Below, piece by piece: positions 28,144 through 37,226 of a DNA stretch of 64,000 nucleotides. The DNA comes from an uncultured Fibrobacterota bacterium (GTDB lineage: Bacteria > Fibrobacterota > OXYB2-FULL-49-7 > JAEUSG01): contig CAZPWS010000003.1 in assembly GCA_964590225.1 (NCBI GenBank), positions 75,899 to 139,898 of the forward strand. The letters run 5' to 3'. How positions within the stretch are numbered: position 1 is the stretch's first letter; each line of letters starts with the position of its first letter. The translations under genes were made by a program, and so were the position numbers. The notes under the pieces were generated by a model. That model saw only the letters and a list, made by a program, of their open reading frames with translations, was not told the origin of the DNA and ran no database searches.

Positions 28144-29178
28144 TTATCCTTCGCCTCCCCTGAATTTACGCATAAGTTTATCGCGAATTACAACTTCCGC
28201 AACGAAGCAGAGGATAAACGAAAAAATAAAAAGCAGAACACCTATCAAAAACAGGACACTGTAATGCATATCGCCAAAGACAACCTCAGCCATCTCCGCT
28301 CCTATTGTAGCAGAGAGCGTTCGAACAGACTCAAATGGATTTGCCGAAAGCATCGCTGCATTCCCTGTTGCCATTAAAACTATCATTGTTTCACCAATTG
28401 CGCGACCGACACCAAGTAATACAGCGGCGAAAATTCCAGGTAAAGCTGCTGGTAGTACAACAAACAATACTGTTTGCCATTTAGACGCCCCAAGTGCAAG
28501 ACTTGCCTCTACAAATGAAGCGGGCACCGCCGTCAGCGCATCGTCTGATATTGTATAGATAACTGGAATTATCGCAAGAGCAAGCGCAACACCGCCAACA
28601 AATGCATTTAGTCTGAATTGGTAGCCAAAAGTGCCCTGCAAAAGTGTTGCAAGTACCGAAAGAGCAAAAAATCCTATAACTACCGATGGGAAAGCCGCTA
28701 AAAGTTCGATTACGGGCTTTAATATCTCTTTCATCCATGCCGGCGCAAAGGAAGAGGTAAATAACGCTGCAAAAATTGCAAGAGGCGCCGCAAAAAAGAG
28801 CGCGACAAGAGCTACCTTCAAGCTACCAGCAAACAAAGGCAGAAAACCATATTTCGGATTTAAAGAAACTGGAACCCATTCTTTAGCAAGTAGTTCCTTT
28901 ATACCTACATTTTCTTCGTGTGTATCTTTCCAGATTTCATCGGGTAGTTTCATTCCTTCTTCTTCGTCATCGCCATATGTTTCATATTCTTCGTGCTCAA
29001 TTTGCTTCTTATCTTTAACATCATGGAATAGAATTGAAGATGCTTCTCGGAATACAAAGATAAATATCAAGGAGATAAAAACAATTGAAGAAAAAGCAAC
29101 AGCGCCAAGCCATTTCTCAATTAGCCACTCAAAAGGTCGTGGTTTTTTTCCAACAAAGGTTGCTGCTGCTTTTTCCAT
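28144..29178 (-). CDS. pstC: Phosphate ABC transporter permease PstC (with a charged N-terminal insertion)
   Basis: A TM permease with an EAA loop ([20 protein letters not shown]). Its first periplasmic loop contains an unusual acidic stretch (EHEEYETYGDDEEEGMKLPDE). Confidence 0.9.
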   Translation of the reverse strand: MEKAAATFVGKKPRPFEWLIEKWLGAVAFSSIVFISLIFIFVFREASSILFHDVKDKKQIEHEEYETYGDDEEEGMKLPDEIWKDTHEENVGIKELLAKEWVPVSLNPKYGFLPLFAGSLKVALVALFFAAPLAIFAALFTSSFAPAWMKEILKPVIELLAAFPSVVIGFFALSVLATLLQGTFGYQFRLNAFVGGVALALAIIPVIYTISDDALTAVPASFVEASLALGASKWQTVLFVVLPAALPGIFAAVLLGVGRAIGETMIVLMATGNAAMLSANPFESVRTLSATIGAEMAEVVFGDMHYSVLFLIGVLLFIFSFILCFVAEVVIRDKLMRKFRGGEG

Positions 29179-29189
29179 TTTTTCTCCCC

Positions 29190-30023
29190 CTATTTTACAG
29201 GGAAATAACCCACTTCAGAAACAACAGCTTGACCTTCTGGACTTAACACCCAGTCAATAAACTGTTTTATTGCACCGGTTGGCTTGCTCTTTACATAGAA
29301 GTACAGATATCTTGTTATAGGATAGTTGCCGGCCTTTATTGTCTCCATGTTCGGTTCATAACCTGCCGCTCCTGTTTTTGTGCTAACCTTAACAAATTTC
29401 ACCCCTGTTGCGTAAGCTGCTCCGCCGTAACCTATGCTTAACTTATCCTTTGCGACAGCATTTACAACAGCAGCGGTTCCAGGCATTGTTTGCATTGAAG
29501 CGGTGTAATCCTTGCCCTTAAGCACAAAGTCACGGAAGTAAACATGGGTGCCGGAACTATTCTCGCGGCCGTAAACCACTATTTTAGCATCGGGGCCACC
29601 AACATCTTTCCAGTTTGTTACTTTGCCTGTGTAAATAAGGTTGAGTTGCTCAAGTGATAGTGTCTGAACTGGGTTCGACTCATGTACATAAACTGCAAGC
29701 CCATCTTTTGCCACCTTAACTTCAATGCCCAGTGTATTATAGCGTTCTTTTAATTTGTCTCGTTCGCTTGCTTTCATGGGGCGTGAAGAATTGCAAATAT
29801 CCGTGGTTCCATTAATAAGTCCAGAAATACCTGTCCCCGATCCTCCGCCAGTTACCTGTATTTTAACATCTGAATTTGTCCCCATGTATTTCTCAGCCCA
29901 TCTCTGAGCAAGAATAACCATTGTATCGGAACCTTTGATGGTTATTACTGTCTGGGCTGCAGCGAAAACAACAACGGCTGCCAATCCAACTACTGCCGCG
30001 ATTTTGAGAATGCTTTTTTTCAT
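29190..30023 (-). CDS. pstS: Phosphate ABC transporter substrate-binding protein PstS
   Basis: It has a signal peptide and a PBP type-2 fold with the TIKGSDTMV...GGGSGTG phosphate-binding motif. Confidence 0.9.
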   Translation of the reverse strand: MKKSILKIAAVVGLAAVVVFAAAQTVITIKGSDTMVILAQRWAEKYMGTNSDVKIQVTGGGSGTGISGLINGTTDICNSSRPMKASERDKLKERYNTLGIEVKVAKDGLAVYVHESNPVQTLSLEQLNLIYTGKVTNWKDVGGPDAKIVVYGRENSSGTHVYFRDFVLKGKDYTASMQTMPGTAAVVNAVAKDKLSIGYGGAAYATGVKFVKVSTKTGAAGYEPNMETIKAGNYPITRYLYFYVKSKPTGAIKQFIDWVLSPEGQAVVSEVGYFPVK

Positions 30024-30050
30024 TTTTTCTCCTTTAAATTAAGTAACAAT

Positions 30051-31499
30051 TTAAAACTTGTACTGAACTCTGAATGTTAATACATCATCATTGAAATCTT
30101 CCGACCACATTTTTACTGCACGGCTTGAGTTTCCAGAAACAGAGGCATCTGTTAATTTTTCATTTGAAACCATATCGTAATAGAGGACAAACTTGAGGTT
30201 TGCATCCCAATGGTGGATTAGCCCTAAGCCTAAGGTGCTATAAGCAGCATCCGCAGTCGATAAACCATTTTCAAACTTTTTTGTTGCATTATCGTAAACG
30301 AAGTCTGCTGCCGACACGGCGGTGTTTGGATCGTAAACATCATACTTTATAGCAAGCTGATTTTTTAAACCGAGATTCTGTATATATGTAACATAATAGC
30401 CACTGAATGGTCTTAAATACACGGCACTTCCTGAATTGCGCCCTTGATTATAAAAGTTGCTTGATGAGCTTGTTCCAGGCTGTGTGCCGCTTATATACTC
30501 AGTCCTGAGTGCTAATCCGCCAATAACAGGAATATCTGCCGTCACCCTTAAATCAAACCCGATATATTTTCTGTCATACTCTTTGTTGAGCATGCCCGTT
30601 GAGTCTGATTTTTTGAAAGCTTTACCATCCATTTCATACGAAAAACCTCTTGTAAGAATTATAGAATCCGCTGTATTAGCAGCATTTCGTATAACGCTGG
30701 CCCTTGTAGTATCTGTGTTGACAACGCTACCTAAATATGCAGAAACACCTCCCTCCAAAGAAATATTAGCAGCATAAATTGGTTGGCTGTAACCAATTCG
30801 GCCAATAAAATCCTTTGTTGAATTGTTTTCAACCGCAATACCAACACCATTAAATAATCCAGCTTTTATGTTTAAATTTGACAAAGCTCCATATATTTCC
30901 GGAGCTGCCAACTCCAGTTGCGCACCAACATCTCGTTCACCAGGAAAAAGAACCTGAAAAATTCTGCTTCTTTCAGGGGTCTCGCGACTGCTGGAAGAGT
31001 ATCCAATTTCATGGCCAAATGGACGGTCAAAAACACCCATTTTAGCTGTTATAGCCTCTGCCCACGGCTCTGTTATTTGCAGATACGCATCTTTCATTCC
31101 AACACCAGATTGAGTAACATCGAATTGCAAAACGGCCCGACTTAGTTTTTCTTGGTAGGTAAGCTTCAGGCGACCTCTTCGTACATGGAATACATCGTAG
31201 GTACCGTCTGCAAATTTACCGCCGGAATAATCACCAACTGAAGCGAGATATTTGCCATTAGCATCAACGGCTCCACTGGTATCCATTACATGTCTGAACT
31301 GAGTTTGCACATATCCGCTGAACTTGAATTTTGCGAGCTTGCTAACAGTGTTACTTGTTTCGATAAAAGGCTCTTCCATAGCCGCTATTTTGCCTTCAAG
31401 GTCAATAACTTTATCTTTCATAATATCTGTCGCAGGCTCTTCCTGAGCCAATACCGATAGCGCAAGAGAGCAGAGCGCAATTGTAAATGTTTTCCTCAT
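30051..31499 (-). CDS. Outer-membrane porin, probably phosphate-selective (OprO/P-like), first gene of the porin-pstSCAB-phoU operon
   Basis: It has a signal peptide, a beta-barrel-like alternating pattern and a C-terminal aromatic residue (…RVQYKF). It lies between a Pho-box-like promoter and pstS. Confidence 0.6.
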   Translation of the reverse strand: MRKTFTIALCSLALSVLAQEEPATDIMKDKVIDLEGKIAAMEEPFIETSNTVSKLAKFKFSGYVQTQFRHVMDTSGAVDANGKYLASVGDYSGGKFADGTYDVFHVRRGRLKLTYQEKLSRAVLQFDVTQSGVGMKDAYLQITEPWAEAITAKMGVFDRPFGHEIGYSSSSRETPERSRIFQVLFPGERDVGAQLELAAPEIYGALSNLNIKAGLFNGVGIAVENNSTKDFIGRIGYSQPIYAANISLEGGVSAYLGSVVNTDTTRASVIRNAANTADSIILTRGFSYEMDGKAFKKSDSTGMLNKEYDRKYIGFDLRVTADIPVIGGLALRTEYISGTQPGTSSSSNFYNQGRNSGSAVYLRPFSGYYVTYIQNLGLKNQLAIKYDVYDPNTAVSAADFVYDNATKKFENGLSTADAAYSTLGLGLIHHWDANLKFVLYYDMVSNEKLTDASVSGNSSRAVKMWSEDFNDDVLTFRVQYKF

Positions 31500-31607
31500 A
31501 ATTCTTCCTTTTTCTTTCTTAAGTGTTTAATCTGGCTTCCTAATCCAAATCATATCGCGGTTTCTTGTTTTTTTCTGCCCTCCTTTTGCTAAATTAAGGT
31601 TTATGTA

Positions 31608-31647
31608 TTACAAACAGATTACAACAATCTTTCAACGCTAATTCATC
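31608..31647. promoter_or_regulatory. Pho-box-like array: four direct repeats (TTACAAA / TTACAAC / TTTCAAC / ATTCATC) at exact 11-bp spacing upstream of the porin-pst operon
   Basis: Repeats start at 31608, 31619, 31630 and 31641. An 11-bp periodicity of TTNACA-type half sites is the known PhoB/PhoP binding architecture. The same TTACAA/11-bp pattern recurs upstream of phoB (34392-34419). Confidence 0.5.
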
Positions 31648-31854
31648 TGGAGTTAGCAAATACATTACATCAGTAATTTAATGAAGCAACAATACAGTGA
31701 TGTTTCGGAGGCGTGACGACTATTTATCCCAACTTATTCAATAGGAGGCGCCAACGGCGCCGAACTATTTGAATTAGTTGGGATTACCCCGTTTAGAAAA
31801 ATCACCCATTTGGTACTTGAAGTACTCGGTGTAAAATGATGATTTTTCTAAACG

Positions 31855-31884
31855 CTTTGCATTAGAAATCTTTCTAATGCAAAG
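31855..31884. other. Perfect 14-bp-arm inverted repeat (CTTTGCATTAGAAA-TC-TTTCTAATGCAAAG) at the phoR 3' end, followed by TTTGGGTTT on the plus strand
   Basis: Seen directly in the sequence. It is adjacent to a second, longer stem (31790-31804 pairing with 31840-31854) that encloses a GTACTTGAAGTAC palindrome. A GGCGCCAACGGCGCC hairpin also lies at 31746-31760. Confidence 0.4.
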
Positions 31885-31894
31885 TTTGGGTTTA

Positions 31895-33673
31895 TCAGGT
31901 AGGCAGATTTATTTCAAATGAAGAACCATTATCAATTCCATCTACCACTCGTATGGTTCCGCGAAGAGTATTGACAATATGTTTTACTATGGCCAAACCA
32001 AGACCTGTGCCACCTGTTTCGCGACTTCTGTGTTTGTCCATTCTAAAAAACCGCTCAAAAACTTTTTCCCTAAACTTGTCAGGAATACCCATGCCAGAGT
32101 CGCTTACAGATAAGATGTAATGGTTATTGTCGTGATATCCGCGTATTAAAATTTGTCCATTAGCGATATTATACTTGATTGCATTTGTAATAAGATTATA
32201 AAGAGCAATGTAAATTAGTTCAGGAACACTTTTTAAAGAGCCGGTACATTCAATTTGGATAGAAATGTTTTTTGCTTTAAGTAGCGGTTCCACTTCTGTA
32301 AGTATTTCTGCGCTAATTTTTTCAGGAAAAGTTTCCACATTTTTTAATGCCACTTTCCCACTCTCCAGATAAGAGAGTTGTAGTAGATCATGTATGAGAC
32401 TTTCCAATCGATCGACACTATGATTTATACGCTCCAAAGCTTTCTTTTGCATCTCCGGCTCGGTATCCATATCAAGAGTCTCAACATATCCTTTCAGGAT
32501 AGTAAGCGGCGTACGAAGTTCATGGGATGCTGCCTCAACAAATTCAGCCTTTGCCCTGGCAAGTTTCTTTTCTTCTGTTAAATCGACAACTGTTAACAGT
32601 GCAATTTTTTTATCTATTGCTATACCTGACGAAACAGGAGCACACATTACCCGTAATTCGTAATCTTTCTGGCGGTTTTTGTACTGAACCATTTGTTCTA
32701 TCGATTTTTGTTCCGACATGCATTGTTCTGCAATATCAGTAAACACCGCATAATGGGCGAAACCTGTTAATGGTATTCGCGGCAAATTATCTGGTGTGAA
32801 AGTTGAGTCAAAAAGCTTGCATGCATTTTCATTGGCAAATAGGACATGCATTTTGGTATCCACCGCTATTATTGCCTCAGATACTGACTTTAGAAGAGCG
32901 CCCACCTCCTGCTTTTGCGAAACTAAATCAGATATCAGAAGTCTCAAACGATCCGATGTGTCATCCATAAAATCATAAAGGCTGTCTGTTTCTAAAGAAA
33001 AACCATAATACTGATGCGAAGATACCTGTTCAACACCAACAGTCTTTGCCAACTCGCCCAATTCCTGGACAACACGCTGTAACCTATTTGAAAAAAACAG
33101 TATTACAGCCAACATTGTAGCTAATGCGACAATTAGAATTATAAAGAGGACACTCTTCCAGTTGGCTATGCTCTGCTCAATTTCCGAAAGAGGATGAGCA
33201 AGCCTGATAAAATATCCATCGTTCATGCTTAATCTTGATGCCACATATAACATATCCATGCCGACTGTTTCACTATAACGAATATTATCGGTAAAAGCCT
33301 TGCCATCGGTTAAAGCTCTAATTTCCGGTCGATAAAGATGGTTTTCAACAAATTGCAAAGAGTCAAATGCGATTCTTGAATCGGCGATAACTTTGCCGCT
33401 CATATCAAGAATAGTTATCCGCTCTTTTATTCTTGAGTCAATCTTTTTTACATATTCATTAAGTTTTGCGCTATTTGCCGGAGCCAAAAGAGTATCGGGA
33501 AAAAGGTCGTTTAGAAGAGAAATCTGGCGAATTTGTTGTTCCTTCAAATCTGCATAATAAAAGCTGCGAAACCCCCGTAGTATTACAAGGTAAACAAGCA
33601 ATACAATAATAAAGATTACAGCAAAAACCGGAAGGCTTAACTTGTAACGAATGGATTTGAACACATTATTCAT
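31895..33673 (-). CDS. phoR: Phosphate regulon sensor histidine kinase PhoR-like
   Basis: N-terminal TM, an extracytoplasmic region, a second TM, a PAS-like region, a HisKA H-box (SHELRTPLT) and HATPase_c (N, G1 DSGMGIP, G2 GGTGLGL). It is immediately downstream of phoB with an 8-nt overlap. Confidence 0.88.
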   Translation of the reverse strand: MNNVFKSIRYKLSLPVFAVIFIIVLLVYLVILRGFRSFYYADLKEQQIRQISLLNDLFPDTLLAPANSAKLNEYVKKIDSRIKERITILDMSGKVIADSRIAFDSLQFVENHLYRPEIRALTDGKAFTDNIRYSETVGMDMLYVASRLSMNDGYFIRLAHPLSEIEQSIANWKSVLFIILIVALATMLAVILFFSNRLQRVVQELGELAKTVGVEQVSSHQYYGFSLETDSLYDFMDDTSDRLRLLISDLVSQKQEVGALLKSVSEAIIAVDTKMHVLFANENACKLFDSTFTPDNLPRIPLTGFAHYAVFTDIAEQCMSEQKSIEQMVQYKNRQKDYELRVMCAPVSSGIAIDKKIALLTVVDLTEEKKLARAKAEFVEAASHELRTPLTILKGYVETLDMDTEPEMQKKALERINHSVDRLESLIHDLLQLSYLESGKVALKNVETFPEKISAEILTEVEPLLKAKNISIQIECTGSLKSVPELIYIALYNLITNAIKYNIANGQILIRGYHDNNHYILSVSDSGMGIPDKFREKVFERFFRMDKHRSRETGGTGLGLAIVKHIVNTLRGTIRVVDGIDNGSSFEINLPT

Positions 33674-34367
33674 TGTCTAATGATTCGATGTCGAAAATGT
33701 AACCATATCCTTTTACTGTACGAATAATTTTTTTAGCCTTGCCCATTTTTTCGCGTATTCTTGTGATATTTACATCTACAACCCTGTCGTCAACCGAAGC
33801 GTCCATGCCCCATACTTTGTCAAGAATTTGTTCTCTACTAATAACGGTATTGCGATTGCGATACAGTAATTCAAGAAGAGCAAATTCCTTTGGCGAAAAC
33901 TCAACATATTTCTGCTCTACATACGCCTTATGGTTGGTAAAATTAACGCTAAATCCGTCAACGGTGATAATGTTTTCTCCGCCATAACCCTTGCTCCTTC
34001 GTAATAGCGCTTTTACCCTTGCTGTAAGCTCTTTAACGGAGAAAGGTTTGCATACATAATCGTCTGTACCAAGCTCAAAACCAACAATTCTATCTACCTC
34101 AGTAGTTTTTGCCGTAAGTAAAATTACAGGTGTGTTTTCTGTCCGTTTATTTTCCTTAATGCTTTTTAGCACTTCAAGACCATTCATGCCTGGGAGCATT
34201 AGATCCAAAACGACGAGATCAATGTTTTCATCCCAAACTGTGGATAGTGCAGTCTCGCCATCTTGGGCTTTGTGGACGGTAAAGCCGGCTCTTTCAAGAT
34301 GAAATGAAACGAGTTCAAGGATATCTGTCTCGTCGTCAACAACGAGTACATTGGGTTCTGTTTTCAT
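33666..34367 (-). CDS. phoB: Phosphate regulon response regulator PhoB (OmpR family)
   Basis: Receiver domain (VLVVDDETDIL...LVVLDLMLP...KP) and an OmpR/PhoB winged-helix C-terminal domain (…TVKGYGYIF). It is paired with phoR. Confidence 0.9.
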   Translation of the reverse strand: MKTEPNVLVVDDETDILELVSFHLERAGFTVHKAQDGETALSTVWDENIDLVVLDLMLPGMNGLEVLKSIKENKRTENTPVILLTAKTTEVDRIVGFELGTDDYVCKPFSVKELTARVKALLRRSKGYGGENIITVDGFSVNFTNHKAYVEQKYVEFSPKEFALLELLYRNRNTVISREQILDKVWGMDASVDDRVVDVNITRIREKMGKAKKIIRTVKGYGYIFDIESLDNE

Positions 34368-34391
34368 ACTGTTTAATCTAATATCAGAAGG

Positions 34392-34419
34392 TTACATGTA
34401 TGTTACAAAAACATTACAA
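34392..34419. promoter_or_regulatory. Pho-box-like direct repeats (TTACAT / TTACAA / TTACAA at 11-bp spacing) immediately upstream of phoB
   Basis: Repeats start at 34392, 34403 and 34414. They share the consensus and phasing of the array at 31608-31647, which is consistent with PhoB autoregulation. Confidence 0.5.
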
Positions 34420-34436
34420 AAAAACATATAAAACTT

Positions 34437-34467
34437 AAAAGCGCTACCGTTATTGGGCAGCGCTTTT
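34437..34467 (-). terminator. Rho-independent terminator downstream of the outer-membrane protein gene (acts on the minus strand, and is bidirectional in form)
   Basis: AAAAGCGCT...AGCGCTTTT hairpin flanked by A-run and T-run. In the minus-strand sense the stem is followed by UUUUAAGUUUUAU. Confidence 0.6.
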
Positions 34468-34483
34468 GTTTGAAAAGAAAAAC

Positions 34484-35884
34484 TTAGTAGTTATAGGTCA
34501 TTGTAACTGTGCCACCGTATGGGCCTACTCCAGAGATCAGGTGGACACCGTTCCAGTGGTCGGGGCGGACAGTTAAGTCGATTGTTACCTTACCCATTAC
34601 AAAGCCCAATCCAGTTGTCCATTGGAATTGGGCAGATGTCGGAAATCCAGATGCCTCCTGCTCTGTGCCGTTTGCGCCTTTAGAAAAGGTGCTCAGCCAA
34701 GAGTAAGTTTTGAAACCACCAGCTCTTAATACAAGCTGATCGAATTTCCAGAATTTATTTATTGTATGCTCAACACCAACACTTGTTTTTGGCATAAGTG
34801 TAGAGTATGCTGTAACTTCGGGATCTGAGTTTGTTACGCTGTCTGGTGGAGTTGCGGTAATCGCCGTGCGTCCAACAACAACCGATGCGTAAACCTTTGT
34901 GTTTTCTCCAATCGGCATTTCGTCGAGCAAACCCGCGGACAAGCTCATTACAGCATATTTATCGGATTTTTCTTCGGTAGATGTTGTAGTAGCGCCAGTT
35001 GTATTTACATATTTCCCGATAAAAGCATGTGAAGCGTAGAAGAAGTCAACTCCCGCTGTTATTTTTTGTTTTCCAACTTCCATTTGCGCCTTTGCTGTTG
35101 CTGGTATGTAGAGTCCCGATTCTGTTTCGATTGAGTTAGTGATATCTGGAAGCTTGGTATTATCATAATCGGTTCCAAATGTATGGTTTTCTGCATTAAA
35201 ACCAAGATTTGCAAACCCTGCGGTAGCCTTAATGGCAAGGTTTCCTGCTTTAAGCTCCACGCCACCATTTACGCCCAATGCGCCATATTTAACAAATCTT
35301 TCTGTGTCGTCAGTTCTTCGCTGATTAATTAAATTTGTATTAACAAGATGGTTACTATACGATGAATTAGATGCTTCTCTGTAAAGGTCAAGACCGAGTT
35401 TAGTGTTGTCGCTGAGTTTTAAGCCAAATACCAAATGGGTATTGTTACTTGGAGCTGTGATACCAGTGAAGTTATGTCCGGGGAGGACAGCATTGACCTG
35501 ATCAATAACTCCTCCTCCGAAACCGGTACCAAGTCCGAGAATGTCGCTCATACCACTTGCGCTTACTACGGTTCCTTTGCCGAAAACAAGGCCGGCTGAT
35601 AGTTTGTCTGTAAGTGTTTTAACTACAAAAGCCGAACCTGCCATATATGAAGGCGTCGTATTTGTTGGGTCATAGACAACAAATCCCTGTGCAACATCTG
35701 GGGTTGCAGCTGCTTCGGATGGAAAATTGTAAACATCAGAGACATCGTTAATTAAGCTTTTACCATTAATCGAATGGCCGCCTTTCGCCTCTACGCTGCC
35801 AGATGATTCATAATGGTACTGTGCAAACAGCATGGTAGTTGTAAACAGAATTGCTAAAACACTTTTTTTCATCTCTTCCTCCAA
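34484..35884 (-). CDS. Hypothetical outer-membrane beta-barrel protein (porin-like)
   Basis: It has a signal peptide, is Gly/Thr/Asn-rich with an amphipathic beta pattern, and has a terminal aromatic motif (…TMTYNY). It has its own terminator. Confidence 0.5.
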   Translation of the reverse strand: MEEEMKKSVLAILFTTTMLFAQYHYESSGSVEAKGGHSINGKSLINDVSDVYNFPSEAAATPDVAQGFVVYDPTNTTPSYMAGSAFVVKTLTDKLSAGLVFGKGTVVSASGMSDILGLGTGFGGGVIDQVNAVLPGHNFTGITAPSNNTHLVFGLKLSDNTKLGLDLYREASNSSYSNHLVNTNLINQRRTDDTERFVKYGALGVNGGVELKAGNLAIKATAGFANLGFNAENHTFGTDYDNTKLPDITNSIETESGLYIPATAKAQMEVGKQKITAGVDFFYASHAFIGKYVNTTGATTTSTEEKSDKYAVMSLSAGLLDEMPIGENTKVYASVVVGRTAITATPPDSVTNSDPEVTAYSTLMPKTSVGVEHTINKFWKFDQLVLRAGGFKTYSWLSTFSKGANGTEQEASGFPTSAQFQWTTGLGFVMGKVTIDLTVRPDHWNGVHLISGVGPYGGTVTMTYNY

Positions 35885-35957
35885 AAGGTTAAAGTTAACA
35901 AACTTAATTTAAAGATAATTCTTTTATTTAACACATATAAATATTTATCTACGCTTC

Positions 35958-37211
35958 ATGCCAAACAGAAACCCCTGGTTTTTTATTCCACCGCTCTTTT
36001 TTGCCGAAGGGCTGGTTTATGTAATTGTAAACAGTCTCTCAGTTGTACTGTATAAAAGGCTTGGTGTGTCCAATGAGGCCATTGGCATTACGAGTTTGAT
36101 ATATCTGCCGTGGATATTGAAGATGCTTTGGGCCCCGTTGCTTGACAGAACTGGCACCAAAAGAAGATGGGTGTTGATAACACAAGTTATGATTGCGCTC
36201 TCTTTGGCTCTATCTGCTCTTTCGCTCTACTCAAGCCATTTTCTTTTACTCTCACTCATCTTATTTATTTTAGCAGCTTTTTTATCGGCCACTCACGATA
36301 TAGCTGCCGATGGCTTTTATATGTTTGCGCTAAATGAGGAGCAGCAATCCTTTTTTGTAGGCATCCGAAGTCTCTTTTACAGGCTTTCGATGGTTTTTGG
36401 AAGTGGAGCGCTCGTTTATTTGGCTGGTAGGCTTGAGGGGGTAAGTGGCAGCGTTGTTACTGCATGGGCGTCGGTTTTATTTGTATGTGCTGCTATTTAT
36501 CTTGTTTTTGCTGTTTACCATGGTTTAATGCTGCCCCGACCTGTATCAGACGCGCCTGTTATGCGAAGCGATAGTAGGGAAGGGAGCCGATATTTCACAG
36601 AGGTATTTAGAGCTTATTTCTCGCAAAAGGGGGTATTGCCGCTAATTGCTTTTGTGGTTTTTTATCGGTTTGGCGAGGCGCTGCTATTAAAAATGGTTGC
36701 GCCGTTTCTGTTGGATAGCCCTTCTGTGGGGGGCTTGTCTCTTGCTACACAGGAGGTGGGGTTGGTGTATGGAACTGTGGGGCTTGTATGTCTAATGGGG
36801 GGGGGGATAATTGGCGGCTTGGGGATAGCAAAGTTTGGTTTAAAAAAAACGATTTTTCCGTATGCTCTTTCTATGAATCTTCCTTCGCTTGTGTATGTTT
36901 ATATGGCTATTTTTAAGCCTTCTTTACCGCTAATATCTGTAATGATTGCAGTAGAACAATTCTGTTATGGCATTGGTATGACGGCACTTACAGTTGTGCT
37001 AATAGCCTCTTCAAAGGGAACTTATAAAACCTCGAATTTTGCCATTTCAACCGGCATAATGGCTGTTGGAATGATGGTTCCGGGGCTGGTGTCGGGGTGG
37101 CTTCAGGGGCTTATGGGGTATTCACACTTTTTTTTCGTTGCCGTTCTTTTTTCAGTTCCTGGCATGGTACTTATTCGGTTTCTGCCCAAATCGCTTTTTG
37201 GTAACGATTAA
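35958..37211 (+). CDS. ampG: MFS transporter, AmpG family (muropeptide permease-like)
   Basis: The conserved AmpG motif LIYLPWILKMLWAPLLDR (compare E. coli FKFLWSPLMDR). 12-14 TM helices. Confidence 0.8.
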   Translation: MPNRNPWFFIPPLFFAEGLVYVIVNSLSVVLYKRLGVSNEAIGITSLIYLPWILKMLWAPLLDRTGTKRRWVLITQVMIALSLALSALSLYSSHFLLLSLILFILAAFLSATHDIAADGFYMFALNEEQQSFFVGIRSLFYRLSMVFGSGALVYLAGRLEGVSGSVVTAWASVLFVCAAIYLVFAVYHGLMLPRPVSDAPVMRSDSREGSRYFTEVFRAYFSQKGVLPLIAFVVFYRFGEALLLKMVAPFLLDSPSVGGLSLATQEVGLVYGTVGLVCLMGGGIIGGLGIAKFGLKKTIFPYALSMNLPSLVYVYMAIFKPSLPLISVMIAVEQFCYGIGMTALTVVLIASSKGTYKTSNFAISTGIMAVGMMVPGLVSGWLQGLMGYSHFFFVAVLFSVPGMVLIRFLPKSLFGND

Positions 37212-37226
37212 AATTGTTATCTTCAC

